Assembly (NCBI RefSeq): GCF_058153355.1
Contig: NZ_CM177019.1
Direction: 5' to 3' (one strand)
DNA length: 64,000 nucleotides
Numbering within the stretch: the stretch's first letter is position 1; the number at the start of each line of letters is the position of its first letter. Under the pieces are notes generated by a model. That model made no database searches and was not told where the DNA came from. It was given only the letters and a program-made list of their open reading frames with translations. Both the position numbers and the translations under genes were made by a program. Of the stretch, positions 42,678-53,490 are shown piece after piece.

Positions 42678-45329
42678 ATGAACGAACAATATTCCGCATT
42701 GCGTAGTAATGTCAGTATGCTCGGCAAAGTGCTGGGGGAAACCATCAAGGATGCGTTGGGAGAACACATTCTTGAACGCGTTGAAACTATCCGTAAGTTG
42801 TCCAAATCTTCACGCGCTGGCAATGATGCTAACCGCCAGGAGTTGCTCACCACTTTACAAAATTTGTCGAACGACGAGCTGCTGCCCGTTGCGCGTGCGT
42901 TTAGTCAGTTCCTGAATCTGGCTAACACCGCCGAGCAATACCATAGCATTTCGCCGAAAGGCGAAGCAGCCAGCAATCCGGAAGTGATCGCCCGCACCCT
43001 GCGTAAACTGAAAAACCAGCCGGAACTGAGCGAAGACACCATCAAAAAAGCAGTTGAATCGCTGTCGCTGGAACTGGTCCTCACGGCTCACCCAACCGAA
43101 ATTACCCGTCGTACGCTGATCCACAAAATGGTGGAAGTGAACGCCTGCTTAAAACAGCTCGACAACAAAGATATCGCCGACTACGAACATAACCAGCTGA
43201 TGCGCCGCCTGCGCCAGTTGATCGCCCAGTCATGGCATACCGATGAAATCCGTAAGCTGCGCCCAAGCCCGGTAGATGAGGCCAAATGGGGCTTTGCCGT
43301 AGTAGAAAACAGCCTGTGGCAAGGCGTACCGAATTACCTGCGCGAACTGAACGAACAACTGGAAGAGAACCTCGGCTACAAACTACCCGTCGAATTTGTT
43401 CCGGTGCGTTTTACCTCGTGGATGGGCGGCGACCGCGACGGAAACCCGAACGTCACTGCCGATATCACCCGCCACGTCCTGCTGCTCAGCCGCTGGAAAG
43501 CCACCGATCTGTTCCTGAAAGATATTCAAGTTCTGGTTTCTGAACTGTCGATGGTTGAAGCAACTCCGGAACTGCTGGCGCTGGTCGGCGAAGAAGGTGC
43601 CGCAGAACCGTATCGCTATCTGATGAAAAACCTGCGTTCCCGCTTGATGGCGACACAGGCATGGCTGGAAGCGCGCCTGAAAGGTGAAGAAGTACCAAAA
43701 CCAGAGGGTCTGCTGACGCAGAACGAAGAACTGTGGGAGCCGCTCTACGCTTGCTACCAGTCCCTTCAGGCGTGTGGCATGGGTATTATTGCCAACGGCG
43801 ATCTGCTCGACACCCTGCGCCGCGTGAAATGTTTCGGTGTACCGCTGGTCCGTATTGATATCCGTCAGGAGAGCACCCGTCATACCGAAGCGCTGGGCGA
43901 ACTGACCCGCTACCTCGGCATCGGCGACTACGAAAGCTGGTCAGAGGCCGACAAACAGGCGTTCCTGATCCGCGAACTGAACTCCAAACGCCCTCTTCTG
44001 CCGCGTAACTGGCAACCGAGCGCCGAAACGCGCGAAGTACTTGATACCTGTCAGGTAATTGCTGAAGCACCGCAAGGTTCCATTGCCGCCTACGTGATCT
44101 CGATGGCAAAAACGCCGTCCGACGTACTGGCTGTACACCTGCTGCTGAAAGAAGCGGGTATTGGATTTGCGATGCCGGTTGCACCGCTGTTTGAAACCCT
44201 TGATGACCTGAACAACGCCAACGATGTCATGACCCAGTTGCTCAATATCGACTGGTATCGCGGCCTGATTCAGGGCAAACAGATGGTGATGATTGGCTAT
44301 TCCGACTCAGCAAAAGATGCGGGGGTGATGGCGGCTTCCTGGGCGCAATATCAGGCACAGGATGCATTAATCAAAACCTGCGAAAAAGCGGGTATTGAAC
44401 TGACGCTGTTCCACGGCCGCGGCGGTTCCATTGGTCGCGGCGGCGCACCTGCCCATGCGGCGCTACTGTCACAACCGCCAGGAAGCCTGAAAGGCGGCCT
44501 TCGCGTGACCGAACAGGGCGAGATGATCCGCTTTAAATATGGTCTGCCAGAAATCACCGTTAGCAGCCTGTCGCTGTACACCGGGGCGATTCTGGAAGCC
44601 AACCTGCTGCCACCGCCGGAGCCGAAAGAGAGCTGGCGTCGCATTATGGATGAACTGTCAGTCATCTCCTGCGATCTCTACCGTGGCTACGTACGTGAAA
44701 ACAAAGATTTTGTGCCGTACTTCCGCTCCGCTACGCCGGAACAAGAGCTGGGCAAACTGCCGTTGGGTTCACGTCCGGCGAAACGTCGCCCGACCGGCGG
44801 CGTCGAGTCACTGCGCGCCATTCCGTGGATTTTTGCCTGGACACAAAACCGCCTGATGCTCCCCGCCTGGCTGGGTGCAGGTACGGCGCTGCAAAAAGTG
44901 GTCGAAGATGGCAAGCAGAGCGAACTGGAAGCCATGTGCCGCGACTGGCCATTCTTCTCGACGCGTCTCGGCATGCTGGAGATGGTCTTCGCCAAAGCAG
45001 ACCTGTGGCTGGCGGAATACTATGATCAACGTCTGGTAGACAAAGCATTGTGGCCGTTAGGTAAAGAGTTACGTAATCTGCAAGAAGAAGACATCAAAGT
45101 GGTGCTGGCGATTGCCAACGATTCTCACCTGATGGCCGATCTGCCGTGGATTGCGGAGTCTATTCAGCTGCGAAATATTTACACCGACCCACTGAACGTA
45201 TTGCAGGCCGAGTTGCTGCACCGCTCCCGCCAGGCAGAAAAAGAAGGCCAGGAACCGGATCCTCGCGTCGAGCAAGCGTTAATGGTTACTATTGCCGGGA
45301 TTGCGGCAGGTATGCGTAATACCGGCTAA
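42678..45329 (+). CDS. ppc: phosphoenolpyruvate carboxylase
   Basis: 883-aa ORF ending ...AGMRNTG. Confidence 0.97.
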   Translation: MNEQYSALRSNVSMLGKVLGETIKDALGEHILERVETIRKLSKSSRAGNDANRQELLTTLQNLSNDELLPVARAFSQFLNLANTAEQYHSISPKGEAASNPEVIARTLRKLKNQPELSEDTIKKAVESLSLELVLTAHPTEITRRTLIHKMVEVNACLKQLDNKDIADYEHNQLMRRLRQLIAQSWHTDEIRKLRPSPVDEAKWGFAVVENSLWQGVPNYLRELNEQLEENLGYKLPVEFVPVRFTSWMGGDRDGNPNVTADITRHVLLLSRWKATDLFLKDIQVLVSELSMVEATPELLALVGEEGAAEPYRYLMKNLRSRLMATQAWLEARLKGEEVPKPEGLLTQNEELWEPLYACYQSLQACGMGIIANGDLLDTLRRVKCFGVPLVRIDIRQESTRHTEALGELTRYLGIGDYESWSEADKQAFLIRELNSKRPLLPRNWQPSAETREVLDTCQVIAEAPQGSIAAYVISMAKTPSDVLAVHLLLKEAGIGFAMPVAPLFETLDDLNNANDVMTQLLNIDWYRGLIQGKQMVMIGYSDSAKDAGVMAASWAQYQAQDALIKTCEKAGIELTLFHGRGGSIGRGGAPAHAALLSQPPGSLKGGLRVTEQGEMIRFKYGLPEITVSSLSLYTGAILEANLLPPPEPKESWRRIMDELSVISCDLYRGYVRENKDFVPYFRSATPEQELGKLPLGSRPAKRRPTGGVESLRAIPWIFAWTQNRLMLPAWLGAGTALQKVVEDGKQSELEAMCRDWPFFSTRLGMLEMVFAKADLWLAEYYDQRLVDKALWPLGKELRNLQEEDIKVVLAIANDSHLMADLPWIAESIQLRNIYTDPLNVLQAELLHRSRQAEKEGQEPDPRVEQALMVTIAGIAAGMRNTG

Positions 45330-45345
45330 TCTTCCCCCCTCCTGC

Positions 45346-45374
45346 AAACCCTCGTGCTTTTGCGCGAGGGTTTT
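45346..45374 (+). terminator. ppc intrinsic terminator (AAACCCTCGTGC-TTTT-GCGCGAGGGTTTT)
   Basis: Stem-loop plus T-run immediately after ppc stop. Confidence 0.8.
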
Positions 45375-45512
45375 CTGAAATACTTCTGTTCTAACACCCT
45401 CGTTTTCAATATATTTCTGTCTGCATTTTATTCAAATTCTGGATATCCCTTCAGATATCCTTAAGGAATTGTCGTTACATTCGGCGATATTTTTTCAAGA
45501 CAGGTTCTTACT

Positions 45513-47246
45513 ATGCATTCCACAGAAGTCCAGGCTAAACCTCTTTTTAGCTGGAAAGCCCTGGGTTGGGCACTGCTCTACTTTTGGTTTTTCTCTACTC
45601 TGCTACAGGCCATTATTTACATCAGTGGTTATAGTGGCACTAACGGCATTCGCGACTCGCTGTTATTCAGTTCGCTGTGGTTGATCCCGGTATTCCTCTT
45701 TCCGAAGCGGATTAAAATTATTGCCGCAGTAATCGGCGTAGTGCTATGGGCGGCCTCTCTGGCGGCGCTGTGCTACTACGTCATCTACGGTCAGGAGTTC
45801 TCGCAGAGCGTTCTGTTTGTGATGTTCGAAACCAACACCAACGAAGCCAGCGAGTATTTAAGCCAGTATTTCAGCCTGAAAATTGTGCTTATCGCGCTGG
45901 CCTATACGGCGGTGGCAGTTCTGCTGTGGACACGCCTGCGCCCGGTCTATATTCCAAAGTCGTGGCGTTATGTTGTCTCTTTTGCCCTGCTTTATGGCTT
46001 GATTCTGCATCCGATCGCCATGAATACGTTTATCAAAAACAAGCCGTTTGAGAAAACGTTGGATAACCTGGCATCGCGTATGGAGCCTGCCGCACCGTGG
46101 CAATTCCTGACCGGTTATTATCAGTATCGTCAGCAACTAAACTCGCTAACAAAGCTACTGAATGAAAATAATGCCTTGCCGCCGCTGGCTAATTTCAAAG
46201 ATGAATCAGGTAACGAACCGCGCACCTTAGTGCTGGTGATTGGCGAGTCGACCCAGCGTGGACGCATGAGTCTGTACGGTTATCCGCGTGAAACCACGCC
46301 GGAGCTGGATGCGCTGCATAAAACCGATCCGAATCTGACCGTGTTTAATAACGTGGTGACGTCTCGTCCGTACACCATTGAAATCCTGCAACAGGCGCTG
46401 ACTTTTGCCAATGAAAAGAACCCGGATCTGTATCTGACGCAGCCGTCGCTGATGAACATGATGAAACAGGCGGGTTATAAAACCTTCTGGATCACCAACC
46501 AGCAAACGATGACCGCCCGCAATACCATGCTGACGGTATTTTCGCGCCAGACCGACAAGCAGTACTACATGAACCAGCAACGTACGCAGAGTGCGCGTGA
46601 ATACGACACCAACGTGCTGAAGCCGTTCCAGGAAGTGCTGAATGACCCTGCGCCGAAGAAACTGATCATCGTTCATCTGCTGGGTACGCATATCAAATAC
46701 AAATACCGCTACCCGGAAAATCAGGGCAAGTTTGATGGCAATACCGATCATGTTCCGCCGGGACTAAGCGCAGAAGAGCTGGAGTCATATAACGATTATG
46801 ATAACGCTAACCTGTATAACGATCATGTGGTTGCCAGCCTGATTAAAGACTTTAAAGCAGCAGACCCGAACGGTTTCCTGGTTTACTTCTCTGACCACGG
46901 TGAAGAGGTTTACGACACGCCGCCGCACAAAACTCAGGGGCGTAATGAGGACAACCCGACGCGTCATATGTACACCATTCCGTTCCTGCTGTGGACGTCA
47001 GAAAAATGGCAAGCGACTCATCCGCGTGATTTCTCGCAGGATGTTGATCGTAAATACAGCCTGGCGGAACTGATCCACACCTGGTCAGATTTGGCGGGCT
47101 TATCTTACGACGGTTACGATCCAACCCGTTCAGTGGTGAATCCGCAGTTCAAAGAAACTACCCGCTGGATTGGTAACCCGTACAAGAAAAACGCGCTGAT
47201 CGATTACGACACTCTGCCGTATGGCGATCAGGTGGGTAATCAGTAA
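45513..47246 (+). CDS. eptC: phosphoethanolamine transferase (LPS core modification)
   Basis: 577-aa ORF with N-terminal TM segments and sulfatase-type domain. Confidence 0.9.
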   Translation: MHSTEVQAKPLFSWKALGWALLYFWFFSTLLQAIIYISGYSGTNGIRDSLLFSSLWLIPVFLFPKRIKIIAAVIGVVLWAASLAALCYYVIYGQEFSQSVLFVMFETNTNEASEYLSQYFSLKIVLIALAYTAVAVLLWTRLRPVYIPKSWRYVVSFALLYGLILHPIAMNTFIKNKPFEKTLDNLASRMEPAAPWQFLTGYYQYRQQLNSLTKLLNENNALPPLANFKDESGNEPRTLVLVIGESTQRGRMSLYGYPRETTPELDALHKTDPNLTVFNNVVTSRPYTIEILQQALTFANEKNPDLYLTQPSLMNMMKQAGYKTFWITNQQTMTARNTMLTVFSRQTDKQYYMNQQRTQSAREYDTNVLKPFQEVLNDPAPKKLIIVHLLGTHIKYKYRYPENQGKFDGNTDHVPPGLSAEELESYNDYDNANLYNDHVVASLIKDFKAADPNGFLVYFSDHGEEVYDTPPHKTQGRNEDNPTRHMYTIPFLLWTSEKWQATHPRDFSQDVDRKYSLAELIHTWSDLAGLSYDGYDPTRSVVNPQFKETTRWIGNPYKKNALIDYDTLPYGDQVGNQ

Positions 47247-47319
47247 ATGACCTTTGTATCGCGTCTGGCACTATTTGCCGGATGCGATACTGGCACAATG
47301 TTTACATCGCACTCCCATC

Positions 47320-47348
47320 AGGCCACACTTTTCAGGTGGCCTTTTTTA
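47320..47348 (+). terminator. eptC intrinsic terminator (AGGCCACACTTTTCAGGTGGCCTTTTTT)
   Basis: Hairpin with T-run. Confidence 0.75.
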
Positions 47349-47394
47349 ATAATGCCAGTTACTGTTTTCCCGACTACCTACCTAAGGGAATAAC

Positions 47395-48246
47395 ATGTAT
47401 CACGACGTCAGCTATCTGCTCTCCCGCCTGATCAACGGCCCGCTGTCGCTGCGCCAGATTTACTTTGCCAGCAGCAACGGCCCGGTGCCCGATCTTGCGT
47501 ATCAGGTCGATTTTCCACGGCTGGAAATTGTGCTGGAAGGCGAGTTTGTTGATACCGGCGCTGGCGCAACGTTAGTTCCCGGCGATGTACTGTACGTTCC
47601 CGCTGGCGGCTGGAATTTCCCACAATGGAAAACACCCGCTACCACCTTTAGTGTGTTGTTTGGCAAACAACAACTCGGTTTCAGCGTCGTGCAATGGGAT
47701 GGCAAACAGTATCAAAATCTGGCGAAGCAACACGTCGCCCGACGCGGCCCGCGCATTGGTTCTTTTCTGCTACAAACGCTCAATGAAATGCAAATGCAGT
47801 CGCAAGAGCAGCAAACGGCAAGGCTTATCGTCGCCAGCCTGCTTAGCCACTGCCGCGATTTGCTTGGTAGCCAAATCCAGACCGCCTCACGCAGCCAGGC
47901 ACTATTCGAAGCTATTCGCGATTATATCGACGAACGCTATGCCTCCGCGCTTACCCGCGAATCTGTCGCACAGGCATTCTATATTTCACCAAACTATCTC
48001 TCGCACCTGTTTCAAAAAACGGGGGCCATTGGTTTTAACGAATACCTGAATCACACGCGACTGGAACACGCTAAGACGTTATTGAAAGGCTATGACCTGA
48101 AGGTAAAAGAAGTGGCGCACGCCTGCGGCTTTGTTGACAGCAACTACTTCTGCCGTCTGTTTCGTAAAAACACCGAACGCTCGCCGTCGGAATATCGTCG
48201 GCAATACCATAGCCAACTGACAGAAAAATCGACTACTCCAGAATAA
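47395..48246 (+). CDS. yijO: AraC/XylS-family transcriptional regulator
   Basis: 283-aa ORF with C-terminal AraC HTH; 14-bp convergent overlap with frwD. Confidence 0.88.
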   Translation: MYHDVSYLLSRLINGPLSLRQIYFASSNGPVPDLAYQVDFPRLEIVLEGEFVDTGAGATLVPGDVLYVPAGGWNFPQWKTPATTFSVLFGKQQLGFSVVQWDGKQYQNLAKQHVARRGPRIGSFLLQTLNEMQMQSQEQQTARLIVASLLSHCRDLLGSQIQTASRSQALFEAIRDYIDERYASALTRESVAQAFYISPNYLSHLFQKTGAIGFNEYLNHTRLEHAKTLLKGYDLKVKEVAHACGFVDSNYFCRLFRKNTERSPSEYRRQYHSQLTEKSTTPE

Positions 48247-48574
48247 GATGGGTTTGCTGCGGCGCAGAAAGCACTTTACGCACCGCGCTCATCACCCGCT
48301 GCGGCTCACGCAGGAACGCGTAGATGCTGCATTGCACGTAGCGGCAATGTTCAAATCGCTCAGCACCGGCAAGTTCAATATCCGTAATCAACAGCGCAAC
48401 ATCCGCCCGGCGGATATCCTCGTCCGCTAAACGATTCTCCGTTCCCAAAGCACCCTGAGTTTCAATTCTGACGCCCCACTTCTCTAACTGGCACAACTTT
48501 TCCAGCCGTTCCGCCGCCATATAAGTATGCGCCACGCCGCTTACGCAGGCGGTTACTGCCACCAGGTATGCCAT
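48233..48574 (-). CDS. frwD: PTS fructose-like EIIB component
   Basis: 113-aa EIIB ORF with active-site Cys (VTACVSGVAHTYMAAE). Confidence 0.88.
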   Translation of the reverse strand: MAYLVAVTACVSGVAHTYMAAERLEKLCQLEKWGVRIETQGALGTENRLADEDIRRADVALLITDIELAGAERFEHCRYVQCSIYAFLREPQRVMSAVRKVLSAPQQTHLILE

Positions 48575-48575
48575 T

Positions 48576-49454
48576 TTAACCTCCCACGGTAACCTGAAAT
48601 CCGGCCCGTTCTGCCATTTCGCGCATCGTTGTCACATCGGCTGACGACGGCGCAGGCACCTCTTTCATCGACCATGTTTTCCCCAGCAGGCGGTATTTCG
48701 GTTCGCCGTACTGGTGAAACGGTAACAGATGGATCTGCCTGATATTCAGCGGGATCAGTACGTCCAGCGCCTGCTGCATATTCTCCCGACTGAGCGTGAA
48801 ACCTGGGATCAGTGGCAAGCGCGGTATCACATTAACACCTTCGCTCACCAGCAAACGCAGGTTCTCCAGCACGCGCGGCAGGTTCATCTTCACCACATCC
48901 CGCGCCTGAGTTGCATCCATTATTTTTAAATCGAACAACACTTCATCGCACAATTTCGCCAGCGGTAACAGCTTGCTGGCTGGAGCGTCTCCGGCAGTTT
49001 CGATGGCGCATGACACGCCCCACAGACGAAGTCGCTGTAAAAAACGGGTAGCAAACTCCGCCTGCATTAACACTTCGCCGCCAGAAAGCGTGACGCCACC
49101 GCCGGACGCGCGAAAGAAAATGTCATCTTTCATCACTTCCCGCTCCAGCGCGTCAAGGCTGATATCGCGACCAATCCGTTCAAACGCGCCGGAGGGGCAT
49201 TCATCCGCATCACGCAAACATTTTGCGCAGTGCAGGCATTTCGCCTCTCTGCGCACCGTCTGGATTTTGCCGGAGATCGACTCCGGATTAGCACACCACG
49301 GGCAAAGATGCGGGCAGCCTTTAAAAAAGACCACCGTACGAATGCCCTCGCCGTCATTCAGTGAATAACGCTGAATGTTGAAAATGCGCGCCACATCATC
49401 GCGGCGCGTTTCCACAACGTTACAGCTGATGCGCTGTCCGGCGGATGATGTCAT
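48576..49454 (-). CDS. pflC: glycyl-radical enzyme activating protein (radical SAM; start at MTSSAGQRIS)
   Basis: 292-aa ORF with CPHLCPWC motif. Confidence 0.9.
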   Translation of the reverse strand: MTSSAGQRISCNVVETRRDDVARIFNIQRYSLNDGEGIRTVVFFKGCPHLCPWCANPESISGKIQTVRREAKCLHCAKCLRDADECPSGAFERIGRDISLDALEREVMKDDIFFRASGGGVTLSGGEVLMQAEFATRFLQRLRLWGVSCAIETAGDAPASKLLPLAKLCDEVLFDLKIMDATQARDVVKMNLPRVLENLRLLVSEGVNVIPRLPLIPGFTLSRENMQQALDVLIPLNIRQIHLLPFHQYGEPKYRLLGKTWSMKEVPAPSSADVTTMREMAERAGFQVTVGG

Positions 49455-51717
49455 CCTGGATCTCCTTCGACAATTCGACAAAGAAGGCGCTGTATCCGGC
49501 TACGCGCACCACCAGCCCGGCATAGTCCTGTGGGCGCTGTTGGGCTTCCCGCAACGTGTCAGCGTTCACCACGTTAAACTGAATATGCTGCAACTTAAGC
49601 TGGGTAAATGCCCGTAAGAAGTCGGCCAGTTTGCGTAATCCCGCTTCACCTTCCAGGGTCGCCGGAGTGAATTTCACGTTCAGCAACGTACCGTTAGAAA
49701 GCAGCGTGTTATCGAGCTTGCTGACTGATTTCAGTACCGCCGTTGGTCCTTGTGCATCCTGGCCCAGCATGGGAGACAAACCACCGTCTGCCAGTTGTTC
49801 CCCGGCAAAACGGCCGTCTGGCGTCGCACCAACCACCGCTCCCAACGGGACGTGAGCAGAAACGGTATACGATCCCGGCGTGAAGTAGCCGCCGCGCGGG
49901 TTCTGGTATTTTTCCACTTCTTTGCAGTAATGACGCAGGAGTTCGGCGCTAATGTTATCCACCTCGTCGATATCGTTACCGTATTTCTCAAAGCGGTTAA
50001 TTAAGCGAGCGCGGATTTTTTCGCCTTCTGGCGTTGCGAAGTTAGCTTTTAATACCGACAGCAATTCGTCAAAACTTAAACGCTGTTGATCAAAAATCAT
50101 CCCTTTCAACGCATGGAGAGAATCGCTCAGGTTGGCGATACCGATCCCCTGTACGCCGGAGAAGTTATAACGCGCGCCGCCATCGGTAATATCGCGGCCT
50201 TTTTCCAGACAATCGCTGATAAACGATGAGAGCAGCGGTACAGGAGCCCAGTCACGATGGCCGATATCACAAATATTGCTGCCTTCAACCATCAGGGTGA
50301 TGTAGTGGCTGATCTTGACGCGGATCTGTTCCAGCAAACCTTCATAACTCAGCGCGGCATTGCCTTCATTTTCATGCAAGCAGATTTCCATCACTTTCAG
50401 CAGGTTAAACATCGCGATGTCATGCAAGCCGTAGGTTCTGCCAGGAATAGATAATTCCACGCAGCCCACTACGGAATAGTCGCGCGCATCTTCCAGCGAA
50501 ACGCCACGGTTGAGGAACGCTGGCACCACCACTTCATCGTTGAAGATTTGCGGAATACCCGTGCCGAGGCGAATGGTTTCTGCGGTTTTCATCAGGAACG
50601 GCGTGTCGATCAAGGCGTTAGTGCGCACACCCAGGTTCGGTTGTGGTAATTGCACGCTTTGATAGGCATCGAGGCAAAGGAACGAAAGCACGTTCACCGC
50701 GCTACGTCCGTTTTCGGTTAACCCACCGAGCAGGGCGGTATAGCCGGTCGGGAAACCTGCAAAATAGCGCGCGCTGCTGGTGGAGCGTAACAGCACGATG
50801 TCGTTGCATTTCACCCATAAAGATTCGAGCAGCTCTTTCAGGAACGCTGGATCTTCGCCCTGGGTTAATGATGCCTGATAGAACGGCAACATATACTGGT
50901 CGAAGCGCCCTAAAGACAGCGAGCTGGCGTTGGATTCGTATTGCAGAATGATGTTCATGTACCAGAACAACTGGCACGCCTGCCAGAATGTCTGTGGCTT
51001 ATGTTCGGCGTTATGGCGGGAGATCTCCGCGATAGTCAGCAGTTCTTCGCGACGCTGGGCATCAGTGCAGTTTGCCGCCATCGTTTCCGCCAGTTCGGCG
51101 TAACGCAAAATGTGTTTCTGCGAGGCTTCGAGCAATAACAGCGCAGCCTGATAAAAGTGATTCTCCGGCTGTTGCTGGCAATGTTGCTGCATCTGCGCCA
51201 CCAGCTCACCCAGCCCGTGATTCAGCAGGCGCGGGTAATCAATAATGATGTGCCCCTGGCCTTTATCTGTCTGGTTGATACTGAAAATCTGCGTGCTGGT
51301 CGCGGCTTTTACTTCATCCGTCATCTGCCCGTTAATAAAATCTTTCATCGAGCGTTTTTCCCAGTATGGGAACAGCTCTTCGCGGTAGATACGTTTATCT
51401 TCTTCACTAATGGCGAAGCGGTCCTGCGGTCGCGTCGGAAATTGATCCAGCTCTTTCAGCAGCCAGTAAGGGTCCATTTCCGGCGACATAATCCCGGCGC
51501 GCGGTTTTACGGTACGGTTACCAGCAATCAGTTCTTCATCACGAATCGAAATTTCAACATGTTCAAGGATATACGCTGTTGCTTTCGCCCGGCGCAATAT
51601 CACTGGTTCGCCTTCGGTTTGCCGATGGCTGGCGGTATAAAGCAGCGCCCGCTCCAGCGAGATTTCACGGGTATTAGCAAACAGTGCAGTTTTAAGGCGA
51701 GAGATACGATTCGTCAT
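49420..51717 (-). CDS. pflD: pyruvate formate-lyase-like glycyl radical enzyme
   Basis: 765-aa ORF with C-terminal glycyl radical motif (VRVAGYSAFF). Confidence 0.92.
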   Translation of the reverse strand: MTNRISRLKTALFANTREISLERALLYTASHRQTEGEPVILRRAKATAYILEHVEISIRDEELIAGNRTVKPRAGIMSPEMDPYWLLKELDQFPTRPQDRFAISEEDKRIYREELFPYWEKRSMKDFINGQMTDEVKAATSTQIFSINQTDKGQGHIIIDYPRLLNHGLGELVAQMQQHCQQQPENHFYQAALLLLEASQKHILRYAELAETMAANCTDAQRREELLTIAEISRHNAEHKPQTFWQACQLFWYMNIILQYESNASSLSLGRFDQYMLPFYQASLTQGEDPAFLKELLESLWVKCNDIVLLRSTSSARYFAGFPTGYTALLGGLTENGRSAVNVLSFLCLDAYQSVQLPQPNLGVRTNALIDTPFLMKTAETIRLGTGIPQIFNDEVVVPAFLNRGVSLEDARDYSVVGCVELSIPGRTYGLHDIAMFNLLKVMEICLHENEGNAALSYEGLLEQIRVKISHYITLMVEGSNICDIGHRDWAPVPLLSSFISDCLEKGRDITDGGARYNFSGVQGIGIANLSDSLHALKGMIFDQQRLSFDELLSVLKANFATPEGEKIRARLINRFEKYGNDIDEVDNISAELLRHYCKEVEKYQNPRGGYFTPGSYTVSAHVPLGAVVGATPDGRFAGEQLADGGLSPMLGQDAQGPTAVLKSVSKLDNTLLSNGTLLNVKFTPATLEGEAGLRKLADFLRAFTQLKLQHIQFNVVNADTLREAQQRPQDYAGLVVRVAGYSAFFVELSKEIQDDIIRRTAHQL

Positions 51718-51767
51718 GAGGAACTCCTGTGGGAAAGCGAACCCGCCCTTACGGGCGGGATAAGAAC

Positions 51768-52088
51768 TTAAGCGGTTTGCGCCAGGTGAGCTTCAATTTT
51801 GCTCATAATGGCATCAGCACGTTTTACCGCGTCGCTGATGTTGACGCGCACAATGGTCTTGCCAGCAAAACGCTCTTCAAACTTGATGCCGATATCTTTG
51901 GTCAGAATCACCATATCGGCGCTCGCCACATCTTCCGCAGTCAGTTCATTTTCCAGACCAATCGAGCCCTGGGTTTCTACTTTCACTTCCCAGCCTTTCG
52001 CTTTCGCGGCACTTTCCAGCGCCTCTGCCGCCATATAAGTATGGGCAACACCAGATGGACATGCGGTTACTGCAATAATTTTCGTCAT
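51768..52088 (-). CDS. frwB: PTS fructose-like EIIB component
   Basis: 106-aa EIIB ORF (VTACPSGVAHTYMAAE). Confidence 0.9.
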   Translation of the reverse strand: MTKIIAVTACPSGVAHTYMAAEALESAAKAKGWEVKVETQGSIGLENELTAEDVASADMVILTKDIGIKFEERFAGKTIVRVNISDAVKRADAIMSKIEAHLAQTA

Positions 52089-52102
52089 GGCTCGTTCCTC
52101 AA

Positions 52103-53182
52103 TTAATTAATTTCAAAATCCAAATCCAGGTCGTCTTCTTTTTCATCAGTCGAAGACCCATTTTTACGCGCCAGACTTTTCAGCACGTTCACGCAGACTG
52201 CCGTCACCACTGCTCCGACAGCCACTGCGGCGATATAACCCAGCTTGCCTTCAACCACCGGCAGCACAATCAGACCACCCCAGCCTGCATAGCACTGCGC
52301 ACCGACCAGCGCCGCAGTTACTGCACCACAAACTGAACCGACCATGATGGAAGGAATAACACGCAGCGGATCGGCAGCGGCAAAAGGAATCGCCCCTTCA
52401 GTAACCCCAACGCACCCCATCACCAACGCCGCTTTGCCGGTTTCGCGCTCTTCTGCGGAGAAATTTTTACGACCAATCAGCGTCGCCAGCCCCATGCCCA
52501 ACGGTGGAACACAAATCCCAACAGCGGCAATAGCCACCACGGTATAAACACCCTGAGCAACGCAAATCAGCATGAAGGCATAGGCCACTTTGTTAACCGG
52601 ACCGCCCATATCGAACGCCAGCATCAGCCCCATGATCACCGCCAGCATAACAATGCTGCCCTGCTGCATCCCCTGTAGCCACTGAGTCAGGCTGTTGGTC
52701 AACGCCCCCACCGGCTCGCCCAGTCCCCACATCATGACACCAGCGGTAATCAGTGTGCCGACGATCGGAATGATGAAGATTGGCATCACCGAGCGCAGAA
52801 CTTTATGCACCGGAATTTTCTTCAGATAATGCACCACGATGCCGCCGATAATCCCTGCGATCAGCGCACCAAAGAAGCCCGCGCCAAAGCTGTTACCAAC
52901 CCAGGCACCGATGGCGCACGGAGCCAGCGCAGAACGTTCTGCAATGGAATAACCGATGTACGCTGCGAGGAAAGGCACCATCAGCGTCAACCCCGCAACG
53001 CCGATATCAAACAGTTTTTTCAGATTCGGATCGGCTACGGCATCCGGCACTGCGCCTTTGCCATACAACATGACGGAAACCGCCAGCAAAATACCGCCCG
53101 ATACCACGAAGGGAATCATATGTGAAACGCCCGTCATTAAATGCTGACGGGTATTTTTCAGGATCTGCACCAACTCATTCAT
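52103..53182 (-). CDS. frwC: PTS fructose-like EIIC permease (start at MNELVQILKNTRQ)
   Basis: 359-aa polytopic membrane ORF. Confidence 0.9.
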   Translation of the reverse strand: MNELVQILKNTRQHLMTGVSHMIPFVVSGGILLAVSVMLYGKGAVPDAVADPNLKKLFDIGVAGLTLMVPFLAAYIGYSIAERSALAPCAIGAWVGNSFGAGFFGALIAGIIGGIVVHYLKKIPVHKVLRSVMPIFIIPIVGTLITAGVMMWGLGEPVGALTNSLTQWLQGMQQGSIVMLAVIMGLMLAFDMGGPVNKVAYAFMLICVAQGVYTVVAIAAVGICVPPLGMGLATLIGRKNFSAEERETGKAALVMGCVGVTEGAIPFAAADPLRVIPSIMVGSVCGAVTAALVGAQCYAGWGGLIVLPVVEGKLGYIAAVAVGAVVTAVCVNVLKSLARKNGSSTDEKEDDLDLDFEIN

Positions 53183-53490
53183 AAGCTGCTCCCGGGCTTG
53201 CAAAAGCCCATGTCCATATTTTTGATGGAGGAAACAATAGGCAATCGCAGGCGGAGCAAACAGTGGATAAAAAGGCCATTTACTGGACTTTTGTAATATC
53301 AGTACAAAAATGCGATCCGCCTCATAACTTGCGATAACCCGGAAGCATGCCGCAGAACGGCGTCTTGTGAGACGCGTCGCAAATTGACGGTTACATTACA
53401 TTTGTCCAGCTTTTGGCAGATTTGTCACATGGCAGGCCGTTGCCGTGCGCTCTTATCCTGTAAACAGAGAACCGTACCGGGAGAGAGGCA